DNA of 64,000 nt from the human T2T-CHM13v2.0 reference genome, Homo sapiens. The first letter of the stretch is position 1. Each line of letters opens with the position of its first letter. The notes beneath the pieces were generated by a model. The model was not told the DNA's origin. It did not search any database and was given only the letters and a program-made list of their open reading frames with translations. Positions 63,441-64,000 of the stretch are shown in pieces. Location: NCBI RefSeq assembly GCF_009914755.1, contig NC_060939.1. One strand, 5' to 3'. The position numbers and the translations under genes are program-made.

Positions 63441-63751
63441 CAGAACTACTCAAGTGTGGTCCAGGGACCAGTGCTGATCTATGAACTGTATATTACTGGT
63501 CAATGCTGAGATAAGTATAGGAATCCAGGACAAGCATTTAGATGCCTTTGTGGCAACTTCACATTGTGATGTGCATAATCACTGACTCTTATTGATGAAG
63601 GGTCTGGGGGCACACAACTTGCATGGCTGGCGAGGGGCACCTAGTGTGAACTGAATACCATTCAGATAGTAGGACACTCACTCTGAAATCAATTGGAGAT
63701 TTAAGAAGAAACAAATTCGGTCCTTTGCCACAAATAGTTTCCAAAGCATTG
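63441..63751. mobile_element. MER5C-type hAT element with perfect 8-bp TSD
   Basis: CAG..CTACTCAAGTGTGGTCC...GAGATAAGTA...AAGCATTG; TSD CTCTAAAC at 63433-63440 and 63752-63759. Confidence 0.85.
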
Positions 63752-64000
63752 CTCTAAACCATTATATTGCCTCCCTGGAGTGAAAACAAAGAAATCAACG
63801 TAGCCGAGTAAGATGCTAAGAAATAGGAAGATGCAGTGTTATGAAGCTCAGCTTCAGAAAGAGCTTTGTTGCCCACAAACTCTGTCATTAATGGTGAGTG
63901 ACTTTTGGCGAGTCCTTGCTCCACCCAAGCATAAGACAGGGCCGGTGAGGACTTGCCTGCAGAGCTGAAGATGGGAGAGAAAAATCCTATGATGGGCTTC

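Overview
Primate genomic DNA, most likely human or another catarrhine (AluY, AluS, AluJ, THE1 and Hsmar2 are present). The window is non-coding and transposon-rich. I find no credible protein-coding gene, RNA gene, CpG island or CRISPR array, and the ORF track is explained by chance or by repeat-derived frames. Much of the window is recognisable interspersed repeat: nine dimeric Alus and one FLAM monomer, many MIR and L2 fragments, a few old L1 fragments, numerous MaLR/ERVL LTRs, a TSD-bounded THE1D-type provirus (29681-31732), a decayed LTR16C/ERVL provirus with a gag remnant, several hAT MITEs, and a near full-length Hsmar2 mariner (57007-58648). I did not find a new biological system. The most interesting observations are: the THE1 provirus whose two LTRs carry different subfamily features; a 244-nt pure-purine tract with (GAA)19 grown from an Alu-monomer tail inside Hsmar2; a micro-scale direct/inverted/direct rearrangement at about 10.85 kb; a close inverted Alu pair; several candidate non-coding exons; and some TE-free segments that may be regulatory. 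Repeat subfamily names come from my recall of consensus sequences, and boundaries without TSDs are approximate.
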